The notes: generated by a model from the sequence alone, not told the origin. A DNA stretch of 64,000 nucleotides from an uncultured bacterium (GCA_963845185.1 CAWJRG010000005.1:640001-704000), one strand, 5' to 3'. Counted from the first letter of the stretch, positions 20,960 to 31,582 are shown. Numbers and translations: made by a program.

Positions 20960-21457
20960 TCAATATTTTTTTGTCTTTTCCAAAAAAATATTTATGGATA
21001 TATTTATAATAAAAATAATAATAATCAGTGATTCTAGTATTCGAAGTAGCTTAAATGGTATTAAATTAACACCGTTTAACAACAAAATTAAAAAATAACT
21101 TTGTCCAATAATATAATTAACAATAAGAAATTTTTGAGATTTTATAGAAAACAATATATAAATAAAACCGACAATTAAAAAAATAATAAAAGGCATAAAT
21201 TCCATCTTAAAAATTATATGGCAACTGTCGCAATACATGCCCAATGCTCCCACAACCCCGGCTTGCAAAGCAGCTATACCAAATAATAGGTTTGGTATAT
21301 ATAAATCTGTATTTTTAAAACGTTTATGTATAACATAAATTCCAATCAATACTATCAAAAAGTACCCTATTTGATATAATATATCTAGATTATAATATTT
21401 ACTTTGTTTTCCTATTACTTCTATTTGCGTTTCAAGGAACTGATTTAAAAAATTCAT
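20960..21457 (-). CDS. Putative membrane immunity protein for the orphan RHS C-terminus
   Basis: AT-rich, about five hydrophobic segments, directly downstream of the orphan toxin tip. Confidence 0.65.
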   Translation of the reverse strand: MNFLNQFLETQIEVIGKQSKYYNLDILYQIGYFLIVLIGIYVIHKRFKNTDLYIPNLLFGIAALQAGVVGALGMYCDSCHIIFKMEFMPFIIFLIVGFIYILFSIKSQKFLIVNYIIGQSYFLILLLNGVNLIPFKLLRILESLIIIIFIINISINIFLEKTKKY

Positions 21458-21469
21458 TATTTTCTCCTT

Positions 21470-23149
21470 TTAAAAACAATTTTGATTACAATTAGTATTT
21501 TGCATATTTTCACAATTTTTTATCATACTCTCAAATGTTGCTTCTGTTAATTGTTCTCCTGCAAGTGAACCACCAACAGATATTATTACACATGCAGGCA
21601 TTGCTGGCCCAGCCACCGCACAAATCACAGCCAGCGCAATCTCATTCTGAATAAATGTATCATTTTGTTGTTTCACAAAATCGTTAGCCGCTTGATAACA
21701 AGCCGAAACCTGCGAGCCACAATCGCAATAGCCAAAAATATCTTTAAGATTTATAGGGTTATTTAAAACATACTCATATAAATTTAATTCTTCGCGCTGT
21801 CCATAATCTTTCGCATAAGTAATGAGACCTTCTAACCCATTTTTACCGAGTGGGTCTCTTGAAGTCCATCTTCCTACATCCGCATCATACCAGCGGTGCC
21901 AGAAATAGATAAAGCCTGTGTCCCAGTCTTTCTGGCCGTAATACCTGCCCACAAACGTAATACTGTTTATCGGGTCGCCCGTGGCGTTTGTTATCTGTCC
22001 GTACGCGTCATACTGGTAGTATTGCACTGGCCTGCCTGTATCGTCCGTCAATGCCGTTACGCTTCCCATGTTGTCGAAAAGATAATACAGCCTCTGAAAG
22101 TGCGAAAAAGTCCCTGAGCTGGTATATATCTTTCTCGTCATGCCGAGCGCTCCCTCATCGTCGCTTGTATATATCTTCAAAATCTTTGTGCCGTCTCCTT
22201 CGGCAAACAGTTTTTTGCCGTTATAGTAATAATGTGTCACAGCCCCATTAACATTCTTTCCAACTCTCAAATTGTTGTGGTTATAATTATATGCAATTGT
22301 TTTTCCGCCGGTAACAGTACCTGACAGCCTGTTGTTATAATCCCATGTAAATGTATTCGCGCCTTTTTGAGTCATATTGCCGTTTGCGTCGTATGCCATT
22401 GGGCTTATGCCGCTCACGCTTGTATACTCGTTCAGGTCATTTGGCGTGTAATTAACCGTGGCATCCGCAACCACGCTGCTCCTGTTCCCTGCCGCATCGT
22501 AATTATAAGTAACCTGCTTGTTTGTTACGGCATTCACGTTGTTATAATTTGTAAGCTGGTATATATTGTCGTAGTTATATGTTATATTTCCCGTGCTCGT
22601 GCTTTTTGTTTTTATGTTCCCCACACTGTCAAACTGCTGGACTTCGCATTTTGTCAGTATATCGCTGCCGAGATAACCGTCCGCTTTCTGCGTCTTATAT
22701 CCTTGACCGTATGTGTATTCCATTTTGTTATTATTGGGATAATCTATCTCGAGCTTATGCCCGGCAGTATCGTAGCTGCTTATATTAAATACTTCGTTCG
22801 TGCCCGTTGACTCGTCCGTAACTTTATAAACCATATTTGCTTCGTTATAGTCGGTATGTGTCACTTCACTTCCATTTAATGTAACATCTGTCTGGTTATT
22901 ATTTGCGTCATATGAATTTGCTATTACAGTGCCGTCAGGGTACGTGGTTGTCGATAGCATGCTGTCGGTGTTATATGTGTAGTTTACTGTGCCATAGCCC
23001 GGTATGGTTTCCGATAGTATTTTTCCTCCGCATGAGCAGTTATTGTCGTAAGTCATTGTCCTTGTGCCGTCAGGCGCGTTTATGGCCAGCACGCGGTTGA
23101 AAAGGTCGTATGTATAAGTGGTATTCCTCGCCATGTTCCTGCTTGTCAT
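21470..23149 (-). CDS. Orphan RHS cassette (3' core copy plus a different C-terminal tip)
   Basis: Near-copy of the last ~460 core residues of 24570..29099, 'YFWHRWYDADVGRWTSRDPLG..NLYEYVLNNPINLKDIFG', then a distinct Cys-rich tip. No signal peptide. Confidence 0.85.
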   Translation of the reverse strand: MTSRNMARNTTYTYDLFNRVLAINAPDGTRTMTYDNNCSCGGKILSETIPGYGTVNYTYNTDSMLSTTTYPDGTVIANSYDANNNQTDVTLNGSEVTHTDYNEANMVYKVTDESTGTNEVFNISSYDTAGHKLEIDYPNNNKMEYTYGQGYKTQKADGYLGSDILTKCEVQQFDSVGNIKTKSTSTGNITYNYDNIYQLTNYNNVNAVTNKQVTYNYDAAGNRSSVVADATVNYTPNDLNEYTSVSGISPMAYDANGNMTQKGANTFTWDYNNRLSGTVTGGKTIAYNYNHNNLRVGKNVNGAVTHYYYNGKKLFAEGDGTKILKIYTSDDEGALGMTRKIYTSSGTFSHFQRLYYLFDNMGSVTALTDDTGRPVQYYQYDAYGQITNATGDPINSITFVGRYYGQKDWDTGFIYFWHRWYDADVGRWTSRDPLGKNGLEGLITYAKDYGQREELNLYEYVLNNPINLKDIFGYCDCGSQVSACYQAANDFVKQQNDTFIQNEIALAVICAVAGPAMPACVIISVGGSLAGEQLTEATFESMIKNCENMQNTNCNQNCF

Positions 23150-23406
23150 AGTGTCACCTGTATCACTTTGCCGTCGCCGGTTCCCGCATATACTATACTG
23201 CCGGCCTTGACAGGCTGGGACAGGTTCACGCCCGGCGTGGCTATGGGGACAACGGCAAAAGGCTGCGGCAGCGACAGCGACGACGCGCCCGTATAATAGC
23301 CGCTCCTCCCCTGGTCCCCGCGGTATGTGGTCCAGTCAGCTCTGAGCACCGCGGGCAGTATCAAAATCCCGCAGATGATGACGCTTAACAGAGTTTTATT
23401 TTTCAT
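23146..23406 (-). pseudogene. Truncated 5' fragment of a paralog of the 20926 PQQ-propeller gene
   Basis: MKNKTLL...LRADWTTYRGDQGRSGYYTGASSLSLPQPFAVVPIATPGVNLSQP matches the N-terminus of 17039..20926. It breaks at IQVTL*, exactly where RHS-core sequence begins. Confidence 0.85.
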
Positions 23407-23467
23407 TTGATATTCTTCCTTACACTCAAACAATAAATGTAATTCTTTTTCATTACAATTCAATTAA

Positions 23468-24577
23468 TTATTTCATTTTGTCTTTTATAAAACGGTAGTT
23501 TGGATTAATTTTCAATCCTTCCAACCACAATTCCTTTGCTTTGCTTTTATCCCCTTCTGCTTGATAAGCATTACCGAGCCAATATAAATCCAAAATATTT
23601 TCGGGATGTAAAATTTTTTCTTTTTCAAGATATTCAACCGCTTTTTTAGCATTGTTTTTTGTCAAATAATACATTCCAAATTCAAAATAATTTGTAGGTT
23701 TTATCTCCCAGGCTTTATTTAACAGCATTAACGCCTCATCAACGTTTATTCCAGATATACAATAAATAAACGCCAAATCATTGTAGTTTTTTGCCTCTTT
23801 ACTGTTTTTTTGTATTTCAGCTTTTAAGTATTTTTTTGCTTCTTTAACAGTATATATCATTTTCTCTTTTTGTTTCATTTCCTTATATATCAAAATTTTC
23901 ATCCTGTAATAAAATCCTGAATTTTTCGAATCCTTATTAATACTTAAAATCTGATTACAAACAGCAAGCGCTTTATCAATGTTTCCCTGCATATAATATA
24001 CATTTGCAATCTGCAATAATGCATATTCATATCCAGGCTTTAATTTTAAAGCTTTATTATAATCCGTAAGCGCTTTATCATATTCGCCTATATGTGCATA
24101 CTTGTTTCCTTGATTACTATAATTATTAACATTGCTCGATAATAATTCAATAATAGTGCATGTAACAGTGACCCCAATGATGACACCAATTATTATCAGA
24201 AGTATTGTTTCTATTTTTTTTGTATAATTCGATACAAGTTTTTCTTCGTAACGGAATAGAGAATAAACTATCGTTCCATAAAAACAGGTTTTTATAATAA
24301 GAAAATTCAGTTCAATCAATGGATTAATGTTGATAATTTGCTTGCTAAAACTTTGAATTATTTCGAACATTAGAACAATTATTACTATAAAAGGATTTAA
24401 TCCGTATATTAAAAGAACTCCTGTCATTGCTTCTATACTTAATGCAATGGATGACTTATATAACAAAGTACGATGACAAAAATATTCGACAATTTCACTA
24501 CATGAAATAATAGTAAAAAATATAGAAAATAACTTCAATATATTTAAATTTCTTACAATATTATTTTGTTCACTCAT
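23468..24577 (-). CDS. Putative immunity protein: multi-pass membrane N-terminus plus TPR repeats
   Basis: Start MSEQNN after GGAGGTG, overlapping the RHS stop; AT-rich; TPR motifs such as 'GNKYAHIGEYDKALTDYNKALKLKP'. Confidence 0.7.
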   Translation of the reverse strand: MSEQNNIVRNLNILKLFSIFFTIISCSEIVEYFCHRTLLYKSSIALSIEAMTGVLLIYGLNPFIVIIVLMFEIIQSFSKQIININPLIELNFLIIKTCFYGTIVYSLFRYEEKLVSNYTKKIETILLIIIGVIIGVTVTCTIIELLSSNVNNYSNQGNKYAHIGEYDKALTDYNKALKLKPGYEYALLQIANVYYMQGNIDKALAVCNQILSINKDSKNSGFYYRMKILIYKEMKQKEKMIYTVKEAKKYLKAEIQKNSKEAKNYNDLAFIYCISGINVDEALMLLNKAWEIKPTNYFEFGMYYLTKNNAKKAVEYLEKEKILHPENILDLYWLGNAYQAEGDKSKAKELWLEGLKINPNYRFIKDKMK

Positions 24578-27500
24578 CAGAATCACCTCCCGAACTTCCA
24601 GTTTGATTGCTATCTTGTAGTTCTGTATCACCAGGACCAGGAGCTGTACCCTTTTCCGGTTCATTATTAGAATTTATCATAGTATACGGGTTTGAAGATT
24701 CACTAATTGCAAGAGCAACTCCACCAAGAATACATATTGCTCCTACTATATAACCAGGAACTGTTTTGGTAAGACAAATACCAATACCACACCCAATCAC
24801 AGCAGCGGGGACAGTATAATCTGGAGGTCCATTTAAAGCTTGTGCAGTTGTTTCCGAATTAGGTGCAGTAGGAGAATCTTGATCATCTAATCCTTTAGTG
24901 TCTACAGCATAGCCCGGCCGATTATGTACATACCCATATAAATTCACCCCGCCCTTCACGCCCACCGGATCCCTGCTTATCCATCTCCCCAATTGCGCGT
25001 CATACCAACGATGCCAGAAATAGATAAAGCCTGTGTCCCAGTCTTTCTGGCCGTAATACCTGCCAACAAAGGTAATGCTGTTTATCGGGTCGCCTGTGGC
25101 GTTTGTTATCTGGCCGTACGCGTCATACTGGTAGTATTGCACTGGCCTGCCTGTATCGTCCGTCAACGCAGTGACGCTTCCCAGGTTGTCGAAAAGATAA
25201 TACAGCCTCTGAAAGTGCGAAAAAGTCCCTGAGCTGGTATATATCTTTCTCGTCATGCCGAGCGCTCCCTCATCGTCGCTTGTATATATCTTCAAAATCT
25301 TTGTGCCGTCTCCTTCGGCAAACAGTTTTTTGCCGTTATAGTAATAATGTGTCACAGCCCCATTAACATTCTTTCCAACTCTCAAATTGTTGTGGTTATA
25401 ATTATATGCAATTGTTTTGCTGCCTATGCTTGCCCCTGACAGCCTGTTATTATAGTCCCACGTTAACGTCTTGCTTCCTTTTTGCGTCATGTTGCCGTTT
25501 GCATCGTACCCCATCGTGCTTATTCCACTCACGCTCGTATACTCGTTCAAGTCATTTGGTGTGTAATTAATCGTGGCATCCGCGACCACGCTGCTCCTGT
25601 TCCCGGCAGTGTCGTAATTATAAGCAACCTGCTTGTTTGCCACCGCATTCGCATTGTCATAATTTGTCAATTGGTAAATATTATCGTAATTATATGTTAT
25701 ATCGCCTGTACTCATGCTTTTTGTCTTTATATTACCTACGCTGTCAAAATTTGTTACTTCGCATTTTGTCATTATATCGCTTCCGAGATAACCATCAGCT
25801 TTCTGCATCTTATATCCCTGTCCGTATGCGTATTCCATTTTATTGTTATTGGGATAATCTATTTCAAGCTTATGGCCTGCCGCGTCGTAATTGCTTATAT
25901 TAAATACTTCGTTCGTTCCTGTCGATTCGTCTGTAACCCTGTAAACCATATTCGCCTCGTTATAGTCAGTATGTGTCACTTCACTCCCATTTAAAATAAC
26001 ATCTGTCTGGTTATTATTTGCGTCATATGAATTTGCTATTACAGTGCCGTCAGGGTAAATGGTTGTAGATAGCATGCTGTCGGTATTATATGTGTAATTT
26101 ATAGTACCGTAGCCCGGTATTGTCTCGGATAATATTTTGCCCCCGCAAGAGCAGTTATTGTCGTAAGTCATTGTCCTTGTGCCATCAGGCGCGTTTATAT
26201 TCAGCACGCGGTTGAAAAGATCGTAAGCAAAAGTCGTGTTTCTCGTAAGGTTCTGGTCGCTCCTGCTTATCATGTTGCCGGACGGGTCGAACCACATCTC
26301 CGTCACATTTTGCGAGTCATCTTGCACCCAGTTCATCCGGTTTAACCCGTCAAAGGCATAAGTGGTTATTTTGAGCTTCTGGTCAATCATCTGCGTCCTG
26401 TTATTGCTTTTATCGTAGGTAAATTTTACGGATGTCTGGTTCGCGTAATCTATTTCGAGGAGCATGCCGCTTTCGGACTTTATGTATGTTGTTGATTCTC
26501 CACCGTTGTCGGTTACCAGCTGCGTCTCGACTCCATTTGAAAACGAGTTGACATATGTTGTATTTATACCGTCTAAGTTTATTCCGTTTACATAACCGAG
26601 GTTGTCGTAGTTGTAGGTAGTCGTCTTGTTCCCATCGCTCACCGTATATAAAAGGCCTGCGTTCAATCCGCCTGCCGGGTAATAAGTATAGCTTTTTCCT
26701 ATTTGTATTGAATTCGGTTTTGTTACGTTAATAGCCTCGCTTTGCAGCTTGTCGTCCGGATAATAATTATAATATTTTATATAGCCTTTTTTATCCGTGG
26801 CCTGCGTTATTTTTTGCCGTGTATTGTATGTATAGAGAGCGTATTTGCTTTCGCCCTGCAAATATGTTTTCATGGTTCCGCCGCCGCCCGCGTAGTCCGT
26901 GTATTCCCTTATCTCGGTCCCGCCCATTGTGTCTTTCCTGATAACCCTTCCAAACATATCATAAACCGTCCTGAAACTTTTGGTGACGCCAATGCCCGAA
27001 ACCGTCAAAGTGTCGGTAATAATGGACGGGGTTGAATAATTCCATACATGTGTTTTTGTCACGGCATCATTGCTATTGTTTATCCATGTTGTTTCCGTAT
27101 AATTCTGGGGGTTTTCCGGGTCGGGGTAACTCATGGTTGCCACGGTTACCAGTGCACCGTCATAGCCTTTTTGAATAGCAGTTATATTCTCATAACTATC
27201 TCTGGTATATTCTACAACCCTGCCTTCGGGATCCTTTGATTTCGTAATAAAACCGGCGGAATCATAGGTGTAATACGTCGTCCCTGCCGCGGCGCCACCG
27301 GTTGATGACGTGGTGTAATTCCGTGTTACCTGCGAAACCTCGGCATTGCTGTTGTAATGCCCCGACACGTTGTTGCCTGTTTGATCGGTTATGGATTCCT
27401 GCTGGAAATTCAGCGGGTTTGTCTGGGCTGTTTTTATCGTTATGCCGTTCAGCGTTATTTTCTCGCCGTTTCCCGTGCCGCCCATGTATATGTTTTTTAT

Positions 27501-29099
27501 CCTTCCGTCATACTCATGGACAATGGTAAGGAACGGGCTCTGCGGGGCATTTATCATGCTCCTTATGGATTGCGGTATTGTCTGGCTCAGGGAATAATCA
27601 CTGTAAGTGCCGTTATTGAGCATCTGGTATTCGAACGTCAGCGTGCCCTGTGGCGATGTTTCCGAAATAACCCTGCCGTCGCTGTCATATAAATACGTAA
27701 CGTTCGCGTACCCGTCTATGGCCCTGTTTTCCTGCTTTGAATACAGCCTGGAGTTGTTATCGTAAGTATAACTGCAACCCACGCCGGGCCCGGAAACGCC
27801 GCTCAACAATCCGGCATCATTATAAGTATAGTTATATGTTGCCTGCCCGCAGCTTACTGCGGATATCTTATCAATGGAATTATACGCGAAATTAATTGTC
27901 CTGCCGGCAGTATCCCTGATGGAGGAAACGCGGCCGGCTGCGTTGTAAGTCAGGGTTATTGTGTTGTTGTAGATGTCGCTGATTTGCATAAGCTGTGCCC
28001 TGTTATTGTCGTAAGCCGTGGTGTAAGTATATGTTTTGTGTTCCTTTATCTTGGTCAGTATATAGTTATTTCCGCTTTTTACCATACTGTAACCGAGGAA
28101 GGGCTCGCCTGTATAGCTGCCGTCAGTCTGTAATATGAAGTTGTACTGGCTGCCGTCTGTATCGACAAGTATGAGATTGCCGTTGCCAGCAATAAGAATA
28201 CTAGTGTCGTAAGTGAATGTCCACCATTGCCCGAATACACCTGTATACCAGCTCAAATCGCTCCTGTAGTGCCGTGTAAAATCAAAATCAAACCCCATTT
28301 TTCCCATGAATTTGAAATCGTTTATGACAAGTTTTTCCCCTCCCGTATACGGCGAAACAGGGTCGCCTTCGGAATCATTGCTGCATTTATCGTCATTCTC
28401 ATGTTCTGTCGCGGTCCATGTGGGTGTCGGCACAGGCGTGTCCGTATTTGACATAGTAGGAGTGTATGTGTAGGAAGGAGTATATGTGTCGGTATAAGTA
28501 TCAGTGTACATAGTCGGAGTCTCGGTAGGAGTGTAGGTGTTTGTAGGCGGAGTCCCGGTAGGAGTTGCCATTAATTGAAAACTTATTTGATATGACTCTC
28601 CATAATACCTTCCGTATATGTCATAAGTATGAGTTACTAAATTTACCTGCCCGCCCCTTATAGGTGATGCATTAAATTCATAACAATTCCCGTAACATGT
28701 AGTAGAACCGTTTCCGCATTGTGCGACCATTTGCCCGTTTATCGACATATCAAATTCGTCATCCGCGGCCATTAAAATGTCAGCGCTGTATATACCCTCG
28801 GGCAGAGTAAAAGTTTTTATAAATGTCATTTTTGCGCCGGTATATGGTACAGTTCCATATGAATTGTCTGAAATCCAGTTCGAACTCCCGCATGGCGACG
28901 TCCAGCAATCACAATCCGGCATCGTCGTTACTATAGAAGCATTTATCATCAGATTTCCAATATAATCGTTTCCATCGCTTACAACATATATCGGTGTCGG
29001 CGTCGGCGCGTCTGCATGAAGATACGGACAAAATAAAATTAAAAATAAAAATATAATTGGCGCGGCTTTACAGATGTAATTAAAAATTTTTTCCATCAA
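24570..29099 (-). CDS. RHS/YD-repeat polymorphic toxin with signal peptide, beta-sandwich, TPT linker and DUF6531-like domain
   Basis: Signal 'IIFLFLILFCPYLHA'; 'GDPVSPYTG..FTRHYRS..GVFGQWWTFTYD'; YD repeats; core 'RWYDAQLGRWISRDPVG..NLYGYVHNRPGYAVDTKGL'; ~105-aa tip. Confidence 0.9.
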   Translation of the reverse strand: MMEKIFNYICKAAPIIFLFLILFCPYLHADAPTPTPIYVVSDGNDYIGNLMINASIVTTMPDCDCWTSPCGSSNWISDNSYGTVPYTGAKMTFIKTFTLPEGIYSADILMAADDEFDMSINGQMVAQCGNGSTTCYGNCYEFNASPIRGGQVNLVTHTYDIYGRYYGESYQISFQLMATPTGTPPTNTYTPTETPTMYTDTYTDTYTPSYTYTPTMSNTDTPVPTPTWTATEHENDDKCSNDSEGDPVSPYTGGEKLVINDFKFMGKMGFDFDFTRHYRSDLSWYTGVFGQWWTFTYDTSILIAGNGNLILVDTDGSQYNFILQTDGSYTGEPFLGYSMVKSGNNYILTKIKEHKTYTYTTAYDNNRAQLMQISDIYNNTITLTYNAAGRVSSIRDTAGRTINFAYNSIDKISAVSCGQATYNYTYNDAGLLSGVSGPGVGCSYTYDNNSRLYSKQENRAIDGYANVTYLYDSDGRVISETSPQGTLTFEYQMLNNGTYSDYSLSQTIPQSIRSMINAPQSPFLTIVHEYDGRIKNIYMGGTGNGEKITLNGITIKTAQTNPLNFQQESITDQTGNNVSGHYNSNAEVSQVTRNYTTSSTGGAAAGTTYYTYDSAGFITKSKDPEGRVVEYTRDSYENITAIQKGYDGALVTVATMSYPDPENPQNYTETTWINNSNDAVTKTHVWNYSTPSIITDTLTVSGIGVTKSFRTVYDMFGRVIRKDTMGGTEIREYTDYAGGGGTMKTYLQGESKYALYTYNTRQKITQATDKKGYIKYYNYYPDDKLQSEAINVTKPNSIQIGKSYTYYPAGGLNAGLLYTVSDGNKTTTYNYDNLGYVNGINLDGINTTYVNSFSNGVETQLVTDNGGESTTYIKSESGMLLEIDYANQTSVKFTYDKSNNRTQMIDQKLKITTYAFDGLNRMNWVQDDSQNVTEMWFDPSGNMISRSDQNLTRNTTFAYDLFNRVLNINAPDGTRTMTYDNNCSCGGKILSETIPGYGTINYTYNTDSMLSTTIYPDGTVIANSYDANNNQTDVILNGSEVTHTDYNEANMVYRVTDESTGTNEVFNISNYDAAGHKLEIDYPNNNKMEYAYGQGYKMQKADGYLGSDIMTKCEVTNFDSVGNIKTKSMSTGDITYNYDNIYQLTNYDNANAVANKQVAYNYDTAGNRSSVVADATINYTPNDLNEYTSVSGISTMGYDANGNMTQKGSKTLTWDYNNRLSGASIGSKTIAYNYNHNNLRVGKNVNGAVTHYYYNGKKLFAEGDGTKILKIYTSDDEGALGMTRKIYTSSGTFSHFQRLYYLFDNLGSVTALTDDTGRPVQYYQYDAYGQITNATGDPINSITFVGRYYGQKDWDTGFIYFWHRWYDAQLGRWISRDPVGVKGGVNLYGYVHNRPGYAVDTKGLDDQDSPTAPNSETTAQALNGPPDYTVPAAVIGCGIGICLTKTVPGYIVGAICILGGVALAISESSNPYTMINSNNEPEKGTAPGPGDTELQDSNQTGSSGGDSDE

Positions 29100-29282
29100 T
29101 TTCTGTCCGCTCTTTTAAAAAAGGCCGACAAAATTGTTTTTCCCATTTTCCCATTCCTGTTTTATGGCATGTTTAAAAACATGTTCATCCAAAATTATTA
29201 ATCCATTGCGTTGTTTAGCCCTTATTTTTTTCCATTACTTGGACATGATAGTTAATTTTCTTTTTGTTTGATTGCCTTGTAA

Positions 29283-29311
29283 GGTATACAATACAAAATG
29301 TGATTTGTCAA
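29283..29311 (-). promoter_or_regulatory. Putative sigma70 promoter for the RHS locus
   Basis: Minus strand TTGACA-17 bp-TATACC. Confidence 0.5.
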
Positions 29312-29433
29312 CAATTTTTCTTATTAATCATTTATTAATTATTGGTAAAAACATCCTGTGGGATGTGATACAAAAAAACTGTTAATTTTAGAAATTTTCG
29401 CGGGATTAAATAAAAAATAGGCGATTTAAGTAT

Positions 29434-31566
29434 TTATAATTTAATTTTATTTATCTTTACGATTTTCGTGTCCTGCTCGTTTTCAAGCGGTACTATTACG
29501 CCCTGGTTCATTAGCCGTCTGCCTGTTGCCTTGATTTTTTTATTCCCAATTTCCAATGTATATAACGCTGTTGGTGCAAGCCCTTTTAATTTCACCTTGA
29601 CTAAATTGTGGCTCGCCGAGTATTTCAAAAGGAACGCGAACAAAACAGCTTCTGACCTATCCTTAGACACGTACATGAAAGTGACTCGCCTGCTGTTATA
29701 CGGGCTTTCAATCCTGAATAAATCCCCCTTGTGTATTATTTCCCTGATTAATTTATATTCCTTGATTTTGTCCCTAAGAATATTAAGCTCGTCTTTTTTC
29801 CATTTAAGCAGATTCGCTTCTGTTCCCATGTTCCCTGCCATTGCAGTATGGATGCGGAAAAGCAACTTTGTCGCCCTTCCTGTCAGGCCGTACGGGCTGT
29901 CTGCCACATGGCAGCACATTACCTGTGCCGGGTAAAACATTGAAGTGCCATACTGTATAAACTGCCTTGACACAGGGTCGTTGTTGTCGCTTGTCCAGAC
30001 CTGGTCCACGTATTTTAATATCCCGCCACTGAACCGGCCGCCGCCGCCGGCGCATCCCTCGATGATCAATGCCGGGTTCAGGCTTCTCATGTAAGCCATA
30101 AGCCCGTACACAGCCTTCATGTGCTCTATCCATACGGGAACATCTTTTAAATTCGGCGCGCTTGCCTCGGAAATATACCTGTTCATATCCCATTTCACAT
30201 AATCAGGCTTGTAGGATTTAATAACCCTGTAAATAACTTTCTTAAGATAATCCATCACTTCTTTTTTTGTGATGTTCAAGACAAGCTGGTGCCTCATCTC
30301 GGTCCTCGGCCTTCCCTTGAAATGGTAGCACCAGTTCGGGTGCTTTTTATAAAGCTCAGATTTAGGGTTTACCATTTCAGGCTCGAGCCATATGCCGAAC
30401 ATGAGCCCTTTTGCTTTTATCTTTTCCCTGAATTTTTCCATACCGCCCGGGAACTTGTTTTTTGCCGGCTCCCAGTCGCCAAGCGACGATGTGTCGTCGT
30501 TTCTTCCCCTGAACCATCCGTCGTCCACAACAAGCATCTCCGCGCCTATTTTGACCGCAGTATCCGCGAGCTTTAAAAGTTTTTCCTCGTTTATGTCAAA
30601 ATAAAAAGCTTCCCAGCTGTTGACAAGCACGGGCTTAGGCTTTTCGACATTTTGTTTCGGCAGAATCTGCTCCCTGTAAAAGTCGTGCATGTTCCTAGTC
30701 ATTTCGCCAATACCGTGCCCAGAATACCCGAGTATCAAAGCCGGCGTTTCAAATTCTTTTCCCGGCCTTAAGGTTATGAATCCGTCAAAATTATTTATGC
30801 CGCCGGTAAAAGCAACTACATCATAAAACCTTTTTTCAAAAACGAATTTCCAGTTCCCGCTCCATAAAAGCTGGCTAAAATAGTATTCCCCGCTGTCTTC
30901 ATTCACTTTTTCTTCCTTTGTGATGAAAAAAGATGGGTTCAGGATATGGCTTGAATTTCCCGTCCTGCTTTCCAAAACCTTTTTTCCGTGCGATATTTCC
31001 TCAAACCTCAGCGACATTTCCTTTATCCAGCCGCCGTGAAAAAACCCGAGGTTGTACTCGCCAGGCGGGAATATAAGGTCTCCTGAGTTGAAATTTTCCA
31101 GCGTAACGCTTATGTTCTTGCTGTTGTTCTTTATCTTTATGCTTTTTTCTATCAGGTTGTAATCGTAGTGAACCTTGTAATCCAGTTGTACGGTTAAAGG
31201 GTATATTTTATCCCTCATGGTTATTTCAAGCGTGTCACCTTTTATCTTGGCGCTAGAGTACACGCAATCAGCCGACCTATTTCCGTCTGAAAATAAGAGT
31301 TTTATAGTATTTTCAAATACATTATAACCATCGTAAATATTGATTTCCGGCATGAAATTTGATTTTTTGTTGTCTGAGCTGTGGTACCCTATCTCGCTGA
31401 AAGCACGCCCGGTTATGTTTTTTAATTTTTTTTCCTTTAATATTCCGCCGTAGTAAGCGTGATACAGCTTCTTTTCAGTGTTAATGCCGAATATATAAGT
31501 ACTGTCAATTGTATTCAGGCAAAACTGCTTTTTCTTTTTATCAAACAGGATATTTTTGGCCATCAT
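29434..31566 (-). CDS. Alpha-galactosidase, GH36
   Basis: 'NSWEAFYFD', 'VVDDGWF..RNDDTSSLGDW', 'FGIWLEPEMVN', 'YVKWDMNR', 'WTSDNND'. Confidence 0.92.
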   Translation of the reverse strand: MMAKNILFDKKKKQFCLNTIDSTYIFGINTEKKLYHAYYGGILKEKKLKNITGRAFSEIGYHSSDNKKSNFMPEINIYDGYNVFENTIKLLFSDGNRSADCVYSSAKIKGDTLEITMRDKIYPLTVQLDYKVHYDYNLIEKSIKIKNNSKNISVTLENFNSGDLIFPPGEYNLGFFHGGWIKEMSLRFEEISHGKKVLESRTGNSSHILNPSFFITKEEKVNEDSGEYYFSQLLWSGNWKFVFEKRFYDVVAFTGGINNFDGFITLRPGKEFETPALILGYSGHGIGEMTRNMHDFYREQILPKQNVEKPKPVLVNSWEAFYFDINEEKLLKLADTAVKIGAEMLVVDDGWFRGRNDDTSSLGDWEPAKNKFPGGMEKFREKIKAKGLMFGIWLEPEMVNPKSELYKKHPNWCYHFKGRPRTEMRHQLVLNITKKEVMDYLKKVIYRVIKSYKPDYVKWDMNRYISEASAPNLKDVPVWIEHMKAVYGLMAYMRSLNPALIIEGCAGGGGRFSGGILKYVDQVWTSDNNDPVSRQFIQYGTSMFYPAQVMCCHVADSPYGLTGRATKLLFRIHTAMAGNMGTEANLLKWKKDELNILRDKIKEYKLIREIIHKGDLFRIESPYNSRRVTFMYVSKDRSEAVLFAFLLKYSASHNLVKVKLKGLAPTALYTLEIGNKKIKATGRRLMNQGVIVPLENEQDTKIVKINKIKL

Positions 31567-31582
31567 TGCCTCCGGTATTGGG

